Shown: positions 28,901-47,900 of the stretch, one piece after another
Position numbering within the stretch: the stretch's first letter is position 1
Layout: the number at the start of each line of letters is the position of its first letter
Assembly (NCBI GenBank): GCA_051294375.1
Contig: CM119264.1
Coordinates: forward strand, 31,128,135-31,192,134
DNA from: Paraspadella gotoi
Taxonomy: Eukaryota > Animalia > Chaetognatha
DNA: 64,000 bases
Reading direction: 5' to 3'
The notes under the pieces: model-generated
The model's database searches: none
Seen by the model: only the letters and a program-made list of their open reading frames with translations
Told to the model about the DNA's origin: nothing
Position numbers and translations under genes: made by a program

Positions 28901-31900
28901 AATTTAAAAACAATCTAATACTATCTAAGGAAAAAGTTAGAACATTTTTTTTTAAAAAGTTTTATTTATTCAATAAAAATATATAAAACATGGGGGTAAA
29001 ACATTCTCAAATATTTTTGGTATGGCCCTCCTCTCGCATCGGACCACTGGCCTGCATTCGCTTGGGCATGCCTTCTCGTAAAGCCGAATTTGAGGTACGA
29101 AGGTGATAATGTTTTCCACACCTTTTCCACTTTTTCGCGATTAGATGCCGCGTTTCAACCGCTTTGGCCATCTTTCATCTCGGCGCGTTTGATTTGGGGG
29201 AGTTCACGGCCCCCCACCCAGATATTGAATGATGTGGCTGCCTGCCTTCGATTAGCAGGCTTTATGGAGGTCCGTTTTTCTAAGGTAGGATCCACCGATT
29301 TCGGCGCATTACAGAAAGTTATTTATGTTTGCCTTCTTTAATATGTTCCTGATTAACGACTGCATTGAAATGGTTGCCATTGACAAAATAAAACCAGCTT
29401 TGCCCTTTTTTTCGCTCCTTGTGATGGCACAAAAGACCATGATTTTTGCACAGGTGCTTCGTTGTAGTGCGACATCACTCAGGAAGAAAAAGCTTCACAC
29501 AGAGCGAACGTTGCCGAATAAAACCCACCTGCCATTTTCTTGAATCCTGATCCACGATTCCCCATCAGAGAAGGCAACCCCTTTGACCAGTCCAAGCGAC
29601 GGACCAATTGGGAGAATGATCTTGTGCAAACTTTGAGACGCTTTGCTTTGATTTTTCCTCCTGTCTTTTTAAGCTTTGTCCTTTCGACGTGTTTTTACGA
29701 GCTGAAGTCCCTGCTGCGACCAGACGGTTGTTGGACGTCTTCGATCAACATTTAAACGCGGGTGCTTTGTAGCTTCCTCCATTCCTTTATCAGCTCAGCG
29801 CACTTTTTCGATCTTCCGCTACAGCAGAGTCTTCAAAGATCTGGTCTTTGAGCTGGTTGGGTACTTTTTTGGTCCTTTCCAGAGCGGTGCCTGACCACAT
29901 CAAAATGTTCTTTGGATTTGTTGTATCCGGAGGTAAAAAATTTTGCATGGTGGAACGAGGATTCCAAAGTCTATTGCTGATGATTGTTGCCGTCTTTCCC
30001 TCTTTCTCAGAGCTACAATTTGCCTTTATGAACCAAAGAGAGGGGGCTTTGTCTTTCCGGCATAACCAAGAATTTAAAAAAATGAAAAAAATAACTAACT
30101 CAATTTGAAATGAAACAAATAACTCAATACCGAATTGTGAAAACTAAAGGCGATTTTTTCCGCCATTTTTCAACTGAGGTTAGCAATTCATTATTTTGCC
30201 TCTAACTCCTATACGTTGGATCTTACGAAAATGGAAGGAAGCAAACTGAGGAAATTCTATAGTGTAGAATCCTGAAAATCCTGAAATTTTAAAAAAATCG
30301 AGCAAGTTTTCGAGTAGAAATATTCCCTCAATTAAAAATGTTTTCTAACTTTTTCCTAGATAGTAGATTAGAACAAGCTTAGTTAAGAATCCTTTAGATT
30401 AGATCGGTTTTGGTTTTGAAAAATGGATGAGTCAAGTGACTGGAGGATAATCAGATACCAGAAGGGGTTTAAAGAATGGACCAATAATCGAAATTGAGAT
30501 TGGAGACGCAAGAAAAGAGACAGAGTCAAAGAGGGAGACCAGTACAAATAGTGGGACAAGGAGTTTAAAGTGGGAGACCAGTTACAAAGTTGGGAGACAG
30601 AGTCAAAAGGGGAGACAGAATTACATAAGTGGAGAGGACAGTCAAGTGGAGACAGAGTCAAAGTGGAAAAACCGTAATTAAAGTTGGTTTTTAGTTCAAA
30701 ATTTCCTCAATTTTTAAATTAAAATTTTATTTTTGATGAATGAGAATGTTAATAAAAAAAAATAATTTATTTCCAATGTAATATCAAAGAAGACGATAGT
30801 AAAGAACCGGTAGACTTAAATGGCAAAAAGACCAGTAGGTTTTTAAGGCAATTGACACTGGATAAAAGCCAGACCACTGGGTTAAGGACAGGACACTGGG
30901 TTTTAGAGCAGAACTTCTTTTTTGGGGTCAACTCGCGTAACTGGAGTAAATCTGGGAGAAAAAAATCTGGTCGAACTTAACCTTCTTCGTCGTCGTCATC
31001 GTCGTCGGTAATTATTGTTTTTGTTATTTTGTCGTCGTCGTTGTCCGTTTTTCGTCGTCGTCGGTCGTCGTCGTCGTCTTTGTCTTACCTTCTTATGAAT
31101 TGGTACAACAATATAAAATTAAATATTTATCTCAAATAGTTATTCCATCATTCTATAATAACAACAACACCCGCCACCCTTTCCTTTCGCTCCTCCTCTC
31201 CTCCTCTCCTTCTCTTCCTCCTTCTCTTCCTCTCCTCCGTCACAGGCCCTGTCCCTCTGAACCCGATCCAGACAGCGACCGGAATCTCAACGAATCTTGG
31301 AAGATTTTCAATACTACACTCCGGCAATTCCCTCTCTGCTTCTGTGGTTGGAATTCGCCCCAAGCAGATCTCGGGTTTCCGGCCCCTGTTGGATCAGGCG
31401 GACAGTCTTGTTAACGGTTTAAAAGGAGGGTTTGAATTGATTTCATGGTTGGTTTGAGTTGATTGGTTTGATTGATTGATTGTGATTGATGTGACTAATT
31501 ATTGTTTGATTGATTTCCATTGTTAGATTAAATTGACGGTTGTTTGATTGATCGATTGATGCTTTGGTAGATGGATTGAAGAAATTGATGGATTTGAATT
31601 GGATTGATTTTATTTATTAGGTTTTCGATTGATTGGTTTGTTTCGATGGATTTATTTGAAAGTGATTGTTTATTGTTATTAAATTTATTTTTATTGGTGG
31701 ATTTTTATTTATTTGCATAATTAATTTCATGGCACACATTTTGTTTCGATGATAATAATTAATTAATATGAAGGTTTGTGTTATCCTCGTCACGAGATAA
31801 TTCTCTCCTCTGAATTGTTTGAAAATCCCCCTCCTTTCTCCACCAATCAGGCGGGCGTAATTTGAGGTTTCTTCCTCCTTCGTCTCGCTTTCGCTTTTCG

Positions 31901-34609
31901 GACGCCCACAACGACACGTGATGTTTTCGTTAATGGAACTTTTTAAGAGGAGTTCAAACGAGGTGAAGAGAAAAAGGGGAGAAGGAGAAGAGAAAAAGGG
32001 GAGGGAGGAAGAAAAAAAATGGGGAGGGGAAAGGAAGAAGGGAGAGAGAGAAAAAAGGGAAGGAGGAAGAGAAAAGGGGAGAGGGAAGAGAAGGGGGGAG
32101 AGAAAGGGAGGGAGGAAGAAAAAAAGGGGAAGAGGAAAGAAGAAAAAAAGGGGAGAGGAGAAGAGAAAAGGGAGGGAGGGAAGGAAGAAAAAGGGAGAGG
32201 AAAGAGAGAAAGGGGAAGGAAGAAAGAAAAAGGGGGAGGGAGGAAGAGAAAAAGGGGAGGAGGAAGAAAGGAGGAAGAAGAGAAAAGGGGGAGGGACGAG
32301 GAAAGAGAAAAGGGGAATGGAGAGAAAGGGAGGGGAGGAGAGAAAGGGGAGGGAGAGAACAGGGAGGAAGGAGAGAAAAAAAAAGGGGAGAGGAGGAAAG
32401 AGAAAAAAAAAGGGGAAAGGAGGAAGAGAGGAGAGGAGGAAGACGGGGAGGTGGGGGAGAGGGTAGGGATAGGGCACAATACGGAGAGCTGAGGGTGGGG
32501 AATTAGNNNNNNNNNNNNNNNNNNNNNNNNNGAAGTTAGGGGTGAGATCAAACAATTGGGAAGAGGATAGAAAAGGAAAGGAAAATAAGTGAAAAATGGA
32601 AAAAGAAAATTTAAGGAGGAGAAAGAAAAGATACAAGAAAAGAGAAAGGATAAAGGGAAAGAAAAGTAGGATGCTAAATAAATGAAGAGTAAATAGCTTT
32701 ATAAAGCTAAAGAGAAAAAAAAAGAAAGGCAGGGAGGAAGAAAGAAAGGAGACAAAGGAAAGGAAAAGGAAGTCATACGGAAAGGAAAGGAAAGGAAAAG
32801 AAAGGAAAAGGAAAGAAAGGAGACAAAGGAAAGGAAAAGGAAGTCATACGGAAAGGAAAGGAAAGAGAGAAACAATTTTATAAAAGATAAAAGAAAAAGA
32901 AAAGAAAAAGTTAATGAAAATTGCAAAATTACTTGGGTTAATTAAGTCTTAGATTTTAAAATATTTATTACAAATTGATTTAAATATAAATATAAAGATA
33001 TATATTTTTTTATCTGTGTTTTTCATGTTCTAAATTTAAAAACTATTAAACTATTATCGGGAAATGGAAGTGTTATCTTCTGGAAATATACGGAGCATCT
33101 ATACAACGCTAGTTTATATTACTTCCTGCCTTAGTTTTATAAATAGAAGAAAATATGATAAAATGTGGATGAAACAAGAAGAGAAAAAAGTAAAAAAAAA
33201 TTGACCCTTTTATGAGTCAAGTTCAAATAATCAAAGTAGTTTTTTTCTCAATTAGCTACACAATCAACAAACCTCTTTAATTATGTCCTTCCACACCCCA
33301 TTTCCCTCGCAAACCCTCTTCCAGACACCAGCCTCTTCTTTTCTCATGGATTCCATGTTTGATTTCGCTGATCGACTTAATTCACTTCGACTCAATGACG
33401 CTGAACTCGGTGTGTTCTGCGCCGTCGTCGTCGTCGCTGCAGGTTTGTTTCTTTTAAGGCACGGGGTGCAGGTGCCAAAGTCCATGATGAGATTGCTTAT
33501 TAACAATAACACATAGATCTTTGTATTTTGAAGGTAGTATTAAGTTGAATTGTTTTTACTGATCTAACACTTATAAAAGTGATCCTTTTATACATTATAC
33601 AATCGAATCACTTTATCAAGCATTATACCATGTCATTGATAGGGAAGCCAGATAATCAAGGAGAGAATAAACAACGGTTAGTTTTAGTCTTGATTGAAAG
33701 TTTGATATGTAATTATCTTGTCCTNNNNNNNNNNNNNNNNNNNNNNNNNNNNNNNNNNNNNNNNNNNNNNNNNNNNNNNNNNNNNNNNNNNNNNNNNNNN
33801 NNNNNNNNNNNNNNNNNNNNNNNNNNNNNNNNNNNNNNNNNNNNNNNNNNNNNNNNNNNNNNNNNNNNNNNNNNNNNNNNNNNNNNNNNNNNNNNNNNNN
33901 NNNNNNNNNNNNNNNNNNNNNNNNNNNNNNNNNNNNNNNNNNNNNNNNNNNNNNNNNNNNNNNNNNNNNNNNNNNNNNNNNNNNNNNNNNNNNNNNNNNN
34001 NNNNNNNNNNNNNNNNNNNNNNNNNNNNNNNNNNNNNNNNNNNNNNNNNNNNNNNNNNNNNNNNNNNNNNNNNNNNNNNNNNNNNNNNNNNNNNNNNNNN
34101 NNNNNNNNNNNNNNNNNNNNNNNNNNNNNNNNNNNNNNNNNNNNNNNNNNNNNNNNNNNNNNNNNNNNNNNNNNNNNNNNNNNNNNNNNNNNNNNNNNNN
34201 NNNNNNNNNNNNNNNNNNNNNNNNNNNNNNNNNNNNNNNNNNNNNNNNNNNNNNNNNNNNNNNNNNNNNNNNNNNNNNNNNNNNNNNNNNNNNNNNNNNN
34301 NNNNNNNNNNNNNNNNNNNNNNNNNNNNNNNNNNNNNNNNNNNNNNNNNNNNNNNNNNNNNNNNNNNNNNNNNNNNNNNNNNNNNNNNNNNNNNNNNNNN
34401 NNNNNNNNNNNNNNNNNNNNNNNNNNNNNNNNNNNNNNNNNNNNNNNNNNNNNNNNNNNNNNNNNNNNNNNNNNNNNNNNNNNNNNNNNNNNNNNNNNNA
34501 ATCAATCAATCAATCAATCAATCACTTCGGACTTTTCCAGATCTTCGGACGCTCAACACTCTTCACTCTGAGAAACTCCTCGCGCAAAAATCTCAGTCCG
34601 AAGAATTAG
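182..34609 (+). CDS. E75: Nuclear receptor E75/Rev-erb (NR1D), multi-exon core (DBD, hinge, LBD)
   Basis: GT-AG exons with consistent phases: 182-347; 655-743 ([30 protein letters not shown]); 1060-1204 ([48 protein letters not shown]); 10341-10428 ([12 protein letters not shown].., 5' half displaced); 10773-10904 (..[20 protein letters not shown]); about 31246-31428 (ACPLNP..VVEFAKQI, indel-rich); about 31851-31962 (AGVFEVLLLRLA.., indel-rich); 33325-33442 ([34 protein letters not shown]); an exon presumably lost in gap 33725-34499; 34541-34609 ([14 protein letters not shown]). The heme-ligand Cys (CP) and His (LHSEK) typical of NR1D are present. Confidence 0.95.
2277..3293 (-). pseudogene. 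Second, frameshifted copy of E75 exons 1-3 (DBD) inside the inverted segment
   Basis: Reverse-complement copies of exons 182-347, 655-743 and 1060-1204 at about 3125-3293, 2737-2827 and 2277-2420, with single-base indels. More likely uncorrected read sequence than a real pseudogene. Confidence 0.6.
4490..9677 (-). CDS. ssh: Slingshot-family dual-specificity (cofilin) phosphatase, many apparent frameshifts
   Basis: Allowing for 1-bp indels, the minus strand reads: LSLGVIIPIY..EITLHDDG (about 7143-7225); [11 protein letters not shown] (about 6910-6945); VDLDEV..KSFVDDEMLTILGQLD.P..I...LFLGSEWNASNLE (5520-5755); [20 protein letters not shown] (4985-5130); LVHCKKGVSRSAAQV.AFLMK...[10 protein letters not shown] (4490-4724). 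This is the SSH order: N-terminal domain, DEK-C, DSP. The start ([10 protein letters not shown] at 9677) is tentative. Confidence 0.88.
12361..12473 (+). repeat. 23-bp minisatellite, about 5 copies
   Basis: cggtttgc(c/t)attaaatgcggag(c/t). Confidence 0.9.
15050..15482 (+). repeat. Compound (GAC/GAT/GAA)n trinucleotide tract
   Basis: About 430 bp of gacgacgatgaa-type repeats in an intron; a degenerate second copy lies at about 23020-23425. Confidence 0.9.
15841..16112 (+). promoter_or_regulatory. Cluster of RORE/RevRE-like monomeric nuclear receptor sites
   Basis: atattAGGTCA 15841, aatctAGGTCA 15895, catctAAGTCA 15953, aaattGGGTCA 16008, attAGGTCA 16064 and aatccAGGTCA 16102, all on the same strand, plus two TGTTTAC forkhead motifs. 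Confidence 0.5.
16180..17040 (+). repeat. Modular internally repeated element (unclassified)
   Basis: Three versions of gagagaagctgga.agccgctg..cgctgcagag..gttttt..ac.aatc.gaa and four of gagcgacat(at)aattaaaa. Confidence 0.6.
17245..17395 (+). mobile_element. Short dispersed repeat family A (SINE/MITE-like), well-preserved copy
   Basis: gagactgtgagagagtcttgattgaaagc..ggccttaaaccacc..gtcaggggcaagatagc. Related copies at about 1500-1625 (+), 33630-33720 (+), 44515-44580 (-), 48000-48045 (+), 52925-53060 (-) and 59293-59446 (-). Confidence 0.75.
19355..19575 (-). mobile_element. Probable tRNA-derived SINE
   Basis: GC-rich island in an AT-rich intron with a T-arm/B-box-like cccgGGTTCAATCCCcggg on the minus strand, followed by a non-tRNA body. 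The second copy at about 27545-27780 belongs to the tandem duplication. Confidence 0.5.
20760..20905 (+). repeat. 18-bp minisatellite
   Basis: gagacagagtcaaagtgg-like unit, about 8 copies; repeated at about 30500-30665. Confidence 0.85.
28921..30363 (-). mobile_element. Tc1/mariner-superfamily DNA transposon
   Basis: About 28-bp TIRs (ctatcta[a]ggaaaaagttagaacatttt / aaaatgttttctaactttttcctagatag) flanked by TA on both sides. The empty site (acaactaTAgattag) is at about 20610. Confidence 0.9.
29007..30063 (-). pseudogene. Tc1-like transposase, frameshifted in this sequence
   Basis: Indel-tolerant translation gives an N-terminal HTH (..ISNRLGIPRST..RSGRPK), AFSDESW (first catalytic Asp), [14 protein letters not shown] and the Tc1-type C-terminus MPKRMQAVVRCE.GHTKY*. 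Confidence 0.75.
33725..34499. other. Assembly gap, expected to hide the E75 'DRPGL..' LBD exon
   Basis: N run between LBD exons ..VVVAA and DLRTLNTLH; the conserved intervening sequence is absent. Confidence 0.85.
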
Positions 34610-34630
34610 GTGAGGAACCTTGTGGTCGTC

Positions 34631-34666
<36 letters not shown>

Positions 34667-34911
34667 ATGAATAAATCAATGGAGAATTGAGGAAAAGTTT
34701 TTTCTTAAATAAACCGAATGAATTAATGAGAGAAAATATAAATGAATGAATGAATGAATGAATGAAAGAAAGACAGGCTGAACAAATTTTAATTGAAATC
34801 GAAAGCCATAATGGAATAAGTGAATGAATGAACGAATGAACGACTCAAAGAATGAACGAATGAACGAAACGAACGAACCCATGAATTCATCACCTTGTTC
34901 GATATTTTAAG

Positions 34912-41934
<7,023 letters not shown>

Positions 41935-42224
41935 CTCACTTCTCGCATCTCCATCGAACGGAATCGCTACATCAATCACTCCATCAATCGGACTCACTAC
42001 ATCACGATCGTCGACGGGGAAACGAGGAAGGAGTCGATGTCACCGCTTAGGAGTGGGAGGAGAGTTGTGATAAAGAGTTGTGATAGATGGTGAGAGTTGT
42101 GATGAAGTGAGTGCACTTGAATTATATAAACATTTTTTTGGTGTTTTGATTGAATTAATTTAAGAATTAGGAAAACTATATTAGTTTAAAATTTATTTCT
42201 CGAAATGATGGCTATATTTTATTA

Positions 42225-42287
<63 letters not shown>

Positions 42288-42826
42288 TCTCTCATATCCA
42301 CCCGTGCCAAAATTTGTTAGACTTAGTCTTCAAAATCGTTTGATTCAAAAAATTTCAGAAAATTTTTTCTCGTTTTGTTTTCTGTTTTTGCGTTTTTGGT
42401 TCCCATGGAGACGAAAAAAAAAGTTATTTTGAGACGCAGATTCGTCGAAATAAAATTTGAAATTTTATTGTACAATTGCGTTCTTAATTTCAAAAAAATA
42501 TAACGGAGCGGCGAGTAGTTCAGAGTAGCTTTAAACAAATAAAATATATCAGACACAAAGATAATTATAGTTAAGAAAATATAATTTTGTGTGGTTAGTT
42601 TTGCGATAAAAATACCGAAAGATTGTTTTTTTATCACAAGAATTTAAATTTAATTATTTTTTTCATTTAAATATAAACGATGAACAAAAATAAACGATTT
42701 ATGGCATTTGTTTTTAGTCACTTATAGTTTATCTCCTAATCTGAGAACAATTTCATATAATATGTTCCCATTATCATCTGTTATTTATCATTTGTTCCCA
42801 TCTGTTCCCATATGTTGCCATCTGTA

Positions 42827-43938
42827 TCAAATTTCGTCTTCTTCGGCGCCCAAAGTCATTTGTTCATCCGTTTCAATCTGATAGAACGAATGAATGAATG
42901 ATCAAACAAATGGATGAATGAAGTAATGAATGAATGAGTAAATAAATGATGGATTGAGTAAGTTGATAAATAAATTATTGAATAAATGAAAGAATACAAA
43001 ATTAAATGAATGAAATAAATAAATAAAAGAATGAATTCAATATTTTATGAATGGAGACTACTGACCTCCAAGCCCTCGAGATCGTCGTAAGTGTTGGGCA
43101 TGTACCAACTCAGATCGCAATGCATCAGTGGTGCTGGAGTATTGCAGAAGAGAACGAAAACAAGGGTGATTGCAGTCGTATTCCAAAAGCGTTAGGGAAA
43201 TTATTAGGTAAAATAGATAAATGTTAATCAATCAATCAATCAATCAATCAATCACCGATAGATGGCAGCGGTAGCGTCTCTTCGTTTGTGATCCAAGTCG
43301 TATTTCCTCGTTCCACTAATTCCTACATCAGAAGAATCAAATTGTATTGTTAAAAATTAACAATACAAAAAAATATCTAGTTTAAAATGCTTTTCAGTTT
43401 TCCGGATTTTGACGACAACATTGTTTTTTCTTCAGTAAGCTAAAAATACTACTTTTTAATTTAATATTTTCTTTAGGCAGATAACGTAAAGTTGAGTCGC
43501 GCTTAGCTTAGCTTAACTAAATCTGCGATCCGTCACCCTAAACCCTAACCCTAACCTTAACCCTAACCCGAATCACTAACCTAAATCTTAAACCCTTAAC
43601 ATATTCATTAACCCTAATATCTTTAACCCTTAACCCTAATCCTTAACTATGTATTAAATCTCAAAAACATATAAAAACTAACTTTTTCGCATTACTGATT
43701 TTAACTGAAATAAGACCCTCTTGGAAAATATGGCCGAAAATCTCTACCAGTAGGAATTTGTCCAGAGCGATCAACTTGGTGCATCCCTCGTAGACGCACT
43801 GGGTCAGCTCGCTCTCACTGAAGCCCAGTGTCTCCAGGTTGTAGATTGTGGTGGCATCAGCTTCAAAAGGATCTCGTTCTTGTCCGAGACTGTGTTTGCG
43901 TAGGAAACGCTTGAAGGGGCAGGGAGACGAAATGTCTT

Positions 43939-43974
<36 letters not shown>

Positions 43975-44902
43975 TCCATCTCCAGCCAAACCTGCATCAG
44001 CTTTTGATTCTTGAAGACGCACTGCAACTTCATCTTGACCCTGATGATCATCGCTGTCCCCAAATCTCCCGGACAAGTGGTGATGAACCCGAGATGGTGG
44101 TCCGCGGAGAAGTGGTGCCCCGCGATGTCGCGCAGCCGCTCTTCAAAGACGTCCAGGATGATGGCGTGGTTTTGGAAGACCTTGCGGAGTTTGTTCGAAC
44201 GCTGGAGGAAGAAGAAGAGGGAGAGTTGGGGCTCTCTTTTCCGAAAACGTGCCATTTCACCCTAAATTCGGGATAAAACTAGTTTTTTAGGATTAAAGAT
44301 TTGGTGAATGTTAAGGATTAGATGAAGGATTAAGTAAAGGATTAAGTGAAGGATTAGAGATTAAAGTTAGTGACTGAGTTAAGAGAAAAAGTTAAGAATT
44401 AAGGGAAATCATTATATTAAAAGTTTATTATTAGATTAAAATTAAGTTAAGGAAATAAAGAAAAGAAATTGGGTGCTTTTGGAAAGTTGATTTTAAAATT
44501 TTTTTCTGTTGATTTCCATAAATAAGCTAACTTACCTCTGACTTTTGACTGGTATGCTGGTTTAAAGCCCCCATCCCTCTATTAAAATAATATCACCAAT
44601 TTCACAATAGGCTAAGCTAAGTTTTAATAAAATAAATTAATTAACTTTTTAACCTTTAACAGCTTGTATTTTACCTCGACCGAAATGAAGGTCATGTGAT
44701 CTAATTCGTTGATCTTGCAAACGACCGTCCGCTCAGAGTTGCTCCAAAACCCACGAGCGTCAGGCCAATCACGAAGCACGCCTGTCGCCTGGTGAGAGAG
44801 AGANNNNNNNNNNNNNNNNNNNNNNNNNNNNNNNNNNNNNNNNNNNNNNNNNNNNNNNNNNNNNNNNNNNNNNNNNNNNNNNNNNNNNNNNNNNNNNNNN
44901 NN

Positions 44903-44937
<35 letters not shown>

Positions 44938-47900
44938 ATGACAACGACGCCGAAAATTGTAAATTACAAATTGATTAATGGATAAAAATACAAACCCGAG
45001 TAAAATGTTTCTAACAATGGCAAAGATATTGATCGCTATGTTAATTTGTCTTAACGGGCTATTCCCACCAATCACAATCCTTTTGCCAATCCTGTCTCCA
45101 ACCTGCAATACTGCTCTGCTCGACGGCGGATAAAAGCAGCAGTCCAAACCTAATTCATCATCATTCTGATGCATTTGCTGCCGTGAGAGTCGAGAATATT
45201 GCACGTAGCTCCCTTTGACTTCGAAATCGACTTTCTTGTGCTCCAAGTATCTGCAGGAAGGGAAAGAGACGGGGAGACAGATGGAAAAAGATGGGAAGCA
45301 GATGAGAACAGATGGGATGAGGTGAGCAAAATAAAAAAGCAAAAACTCAAATTCACAAAACTGAAACAAGTAATTTTGAAATTTTCACAAATCTAATCTA
45401 ATCTAATAAATCTAATCTTATTGATTAAATTGAACGAATTTGAGCAAAAAACAATGACGGATCTGCCTACGATAATTTGGTGGTAAGCAGCTAATCAGAT
45501 GATAAGTCATGATTAACCTTCCAATTTATGATCATAACAGATCGAAACATTACAAATAGTAACCGATTTCGTAATAAATCAATAAAAATAACTATCAATC
45601 GATTTATCAATCGGTCAATCAATCAATCGTACAGCAAAAATATATTAAGAAAANNNNNNNNNNNNNNNNNNNNNNNNNNNNNNNNNNNNNNNNNNNNNNN
45701 NNNNNNNNNNNNNNNNNNNNNNNNNNNNNNNNNNNNNNNNNNNNNNNNNNNNNNNNNNNNNNNNNNNNNNNNNNNNNNNNNNNNNNNNNNNNNNNNNNNN
45801 NNNNNNNNNNNNNNNNNNNNNNNNNNNNNNNNNNNNNNNNNNNNNNNNNNNNNNNNNNNNNNNNNNNNNNNNNNNNNNNNNNNNNNNNNNNNNNNNNNNN
45901 NNNNNNNNNNNNNNNNNNNNNNNNNNNNNNNNNNNNNNNNNNNNNNNNNNNNNNNNNNNNNNNNNNNNNNNNNNNNNNNNNNNNNNNNNNNNNNNNNNNN
46001 NNNNNNNNNNNNNNNNNNNNNNNNNNNNNNNNNNNNNNNNNNNNNNNNNNNNNNNNNNNNNNNNNNNNNNNNNNNNNNNNNNNNNNNNNNNNNNNNNNNN
46101 NNNNNNNNNNNNNNNNNNNNNNNNNNNNNNNNNNNNNNNNNNNNNNNNNNNNNNNNNNNNNNNNNNNNNNNNNNNNNNNNNNNNNNNNNNNNNNNNNNNN
46201 NNNNNNNNNNNNNNNNNNNNNNNNNNNNNNNNNNNNNNNNNNNNNNNNNNNNNNNNNNNNNNNAATCACTCTCAAGGGGAAGGTATGGCAAAGATCGATC
46301 ACTTTAAAAGAGGAATGGATGGCAAAGATCAATCACTCTAAAGGGGAAGGTATGGCAAAGATCGATCACTCAAAAGGGGAAGGGATGGCAAAGATCGATC
46401 ACTCTAAATGAGGAATAGATGGCAAAGATCTATCACTCTAAAAGGGAGTGAGGGGTGACTATGCCCTTTAGCATATATTTTGATTTCAAAGCTGTTAAAG
46501 TATATAACAAACACCCTGTAGCAAATATTTTTATTCAATCGCCCTGTCGGAAATATCCTAATTTTAAACCTAATCAAATGGTCGGCTATTGCCTTGTAGC
46601 AAATGCATGGGTGTGACAATGCCCTGTACGACAAACTTTGCTTTCAAACCTGTGAAAGTAGTCAGGAAACGCCCTGTAGCAATCTTCGTCCCCGGCGACT
46701 GCGCCGACGCCAGCGACAGGATTTCGAGTCCGAAATCTTGCGGCGCCGAGTGGATTGTCGACGCCGACCTGGATGACGGAGCTGGCAGATAGGGGAACAG
46801 ATGGGATAGCAGATGAAAGACAGATGTGATAGGAGATAAGAGAGGATATGGCAAATGGGATAGGAAATGACGGATGGGGGAAGAGATAGTAGAGGAGATG
46901 GAAGATGGCACATGGGAGAGGAGATGGCAGATGGGGGAACAGATGTGATAGCATATGGAATAGAAAAGGGGAGATGGCAGAATGCAGATGGAGGAAGAGA
47001 TGGGATAAAAGATTTGAGATGGGTGAGGGGATGGCAGATGGGAGAGGTAGATGGGGTCGTAGATAAGATAAGAGATGGCAGATGGGACAGCGGATAGGAT
47101 AGTACAAATGTCAAGAGGATTGAATCAGAGATAAAAATCACATTTTGCAAAACGTCCTTTTCCATCAAAGGTTGGGATAAGACGGATCATCTGTGATCAC
47201 CTATGATCACCTTTGAAGACGGATCACCCGTGATTCTCCGAGTGAGGCGTTGAAAGAAAATTCAAGGATTAGGAACGGAAATGGGGTACTCTCGGAATAT
47301 AGTGCCCATTTCCCCACCGCCCTTACCTAAAGGGAAATCCCTCGGCGGATTCTTCTCCCGCGTATTTGAGATAAATTCCTTCGTCCTCATCTAAAGCGAC
47401 ACCACCGGCAGTTTTATTCTTTCGAACAAAAGGCGCGTCAGAACTCAACACTTCGCGCTGCGGCGCAGTTTTTTTGCTGCGGACGGATCCGCCGCTGGCT
47501 GCCGCTTTCGCTGGCTTCGCTGACTTCTCCGCAGTTTTTGACTGGAAGGATGAAAGGATATTGAACACTATTTTATCTAGTTTAGGCTTTTTTTTACATT
47601 TAAATACACCTAATTATTAGAATTTCAGTTAGTCATTTGAATTATTTAGTCCTTTCCTCGCTCATCATCTTTTTTCCTCTTCCTCCTTCCTCTTCCTCCT
47701 CACCTTCCCAGACTTGAGGCTTTCCTCGCTCTTCTTCTTCTTTCCTCCAAACTTCTTCGTCTTCGTCTTCGGCGGTGACATCGGTTCTGGCGGCGGCTCG
47801 TTGCGCGGGAGGGAAGAAAAATCGAGAGAGACAAAGCGAGGCATTTGGTCTGAGCGGAAGGTGAAGTCCTTTGGGGATGAGAGAGAGAGGGAGAGAGGGA

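Larger units (their letters stand above)
13440..30990 (+). repeat. About 7.8 kb tandem duplication within the large E75 intron (copy 1 about 13440-21225, copy 2 about 21250-30990)
   Basis: Colinear throughout (e.g. acggcatcgactgtagctag at 13541 and 21363; gtcgaact..aaccttcttcgtcgtc at 21200 and 30970). Copy 2 is full of 1-bp insertions and has a 1.4 kb insert. Confidence 0.95.

Noticed and set aside
31617-32636. Long ORFs rich in F/L/S/P or R/K/G/E (also 36157-37513, 48557-48994, 62703-63266)
   Set aside because: Translations of purine/pyrimidine low-complexity intron tracts that lack stops by composition.
33579-34647. ORFs over 250 aa (similar ORFs at 45528-46332)
   Set aside because: They consist almost entirely of N gaps.
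43535-43645. Chromosome end or fusion site
   Set aside because: Short, degenerate and intronic, with similar tracts elsewhere in the window.
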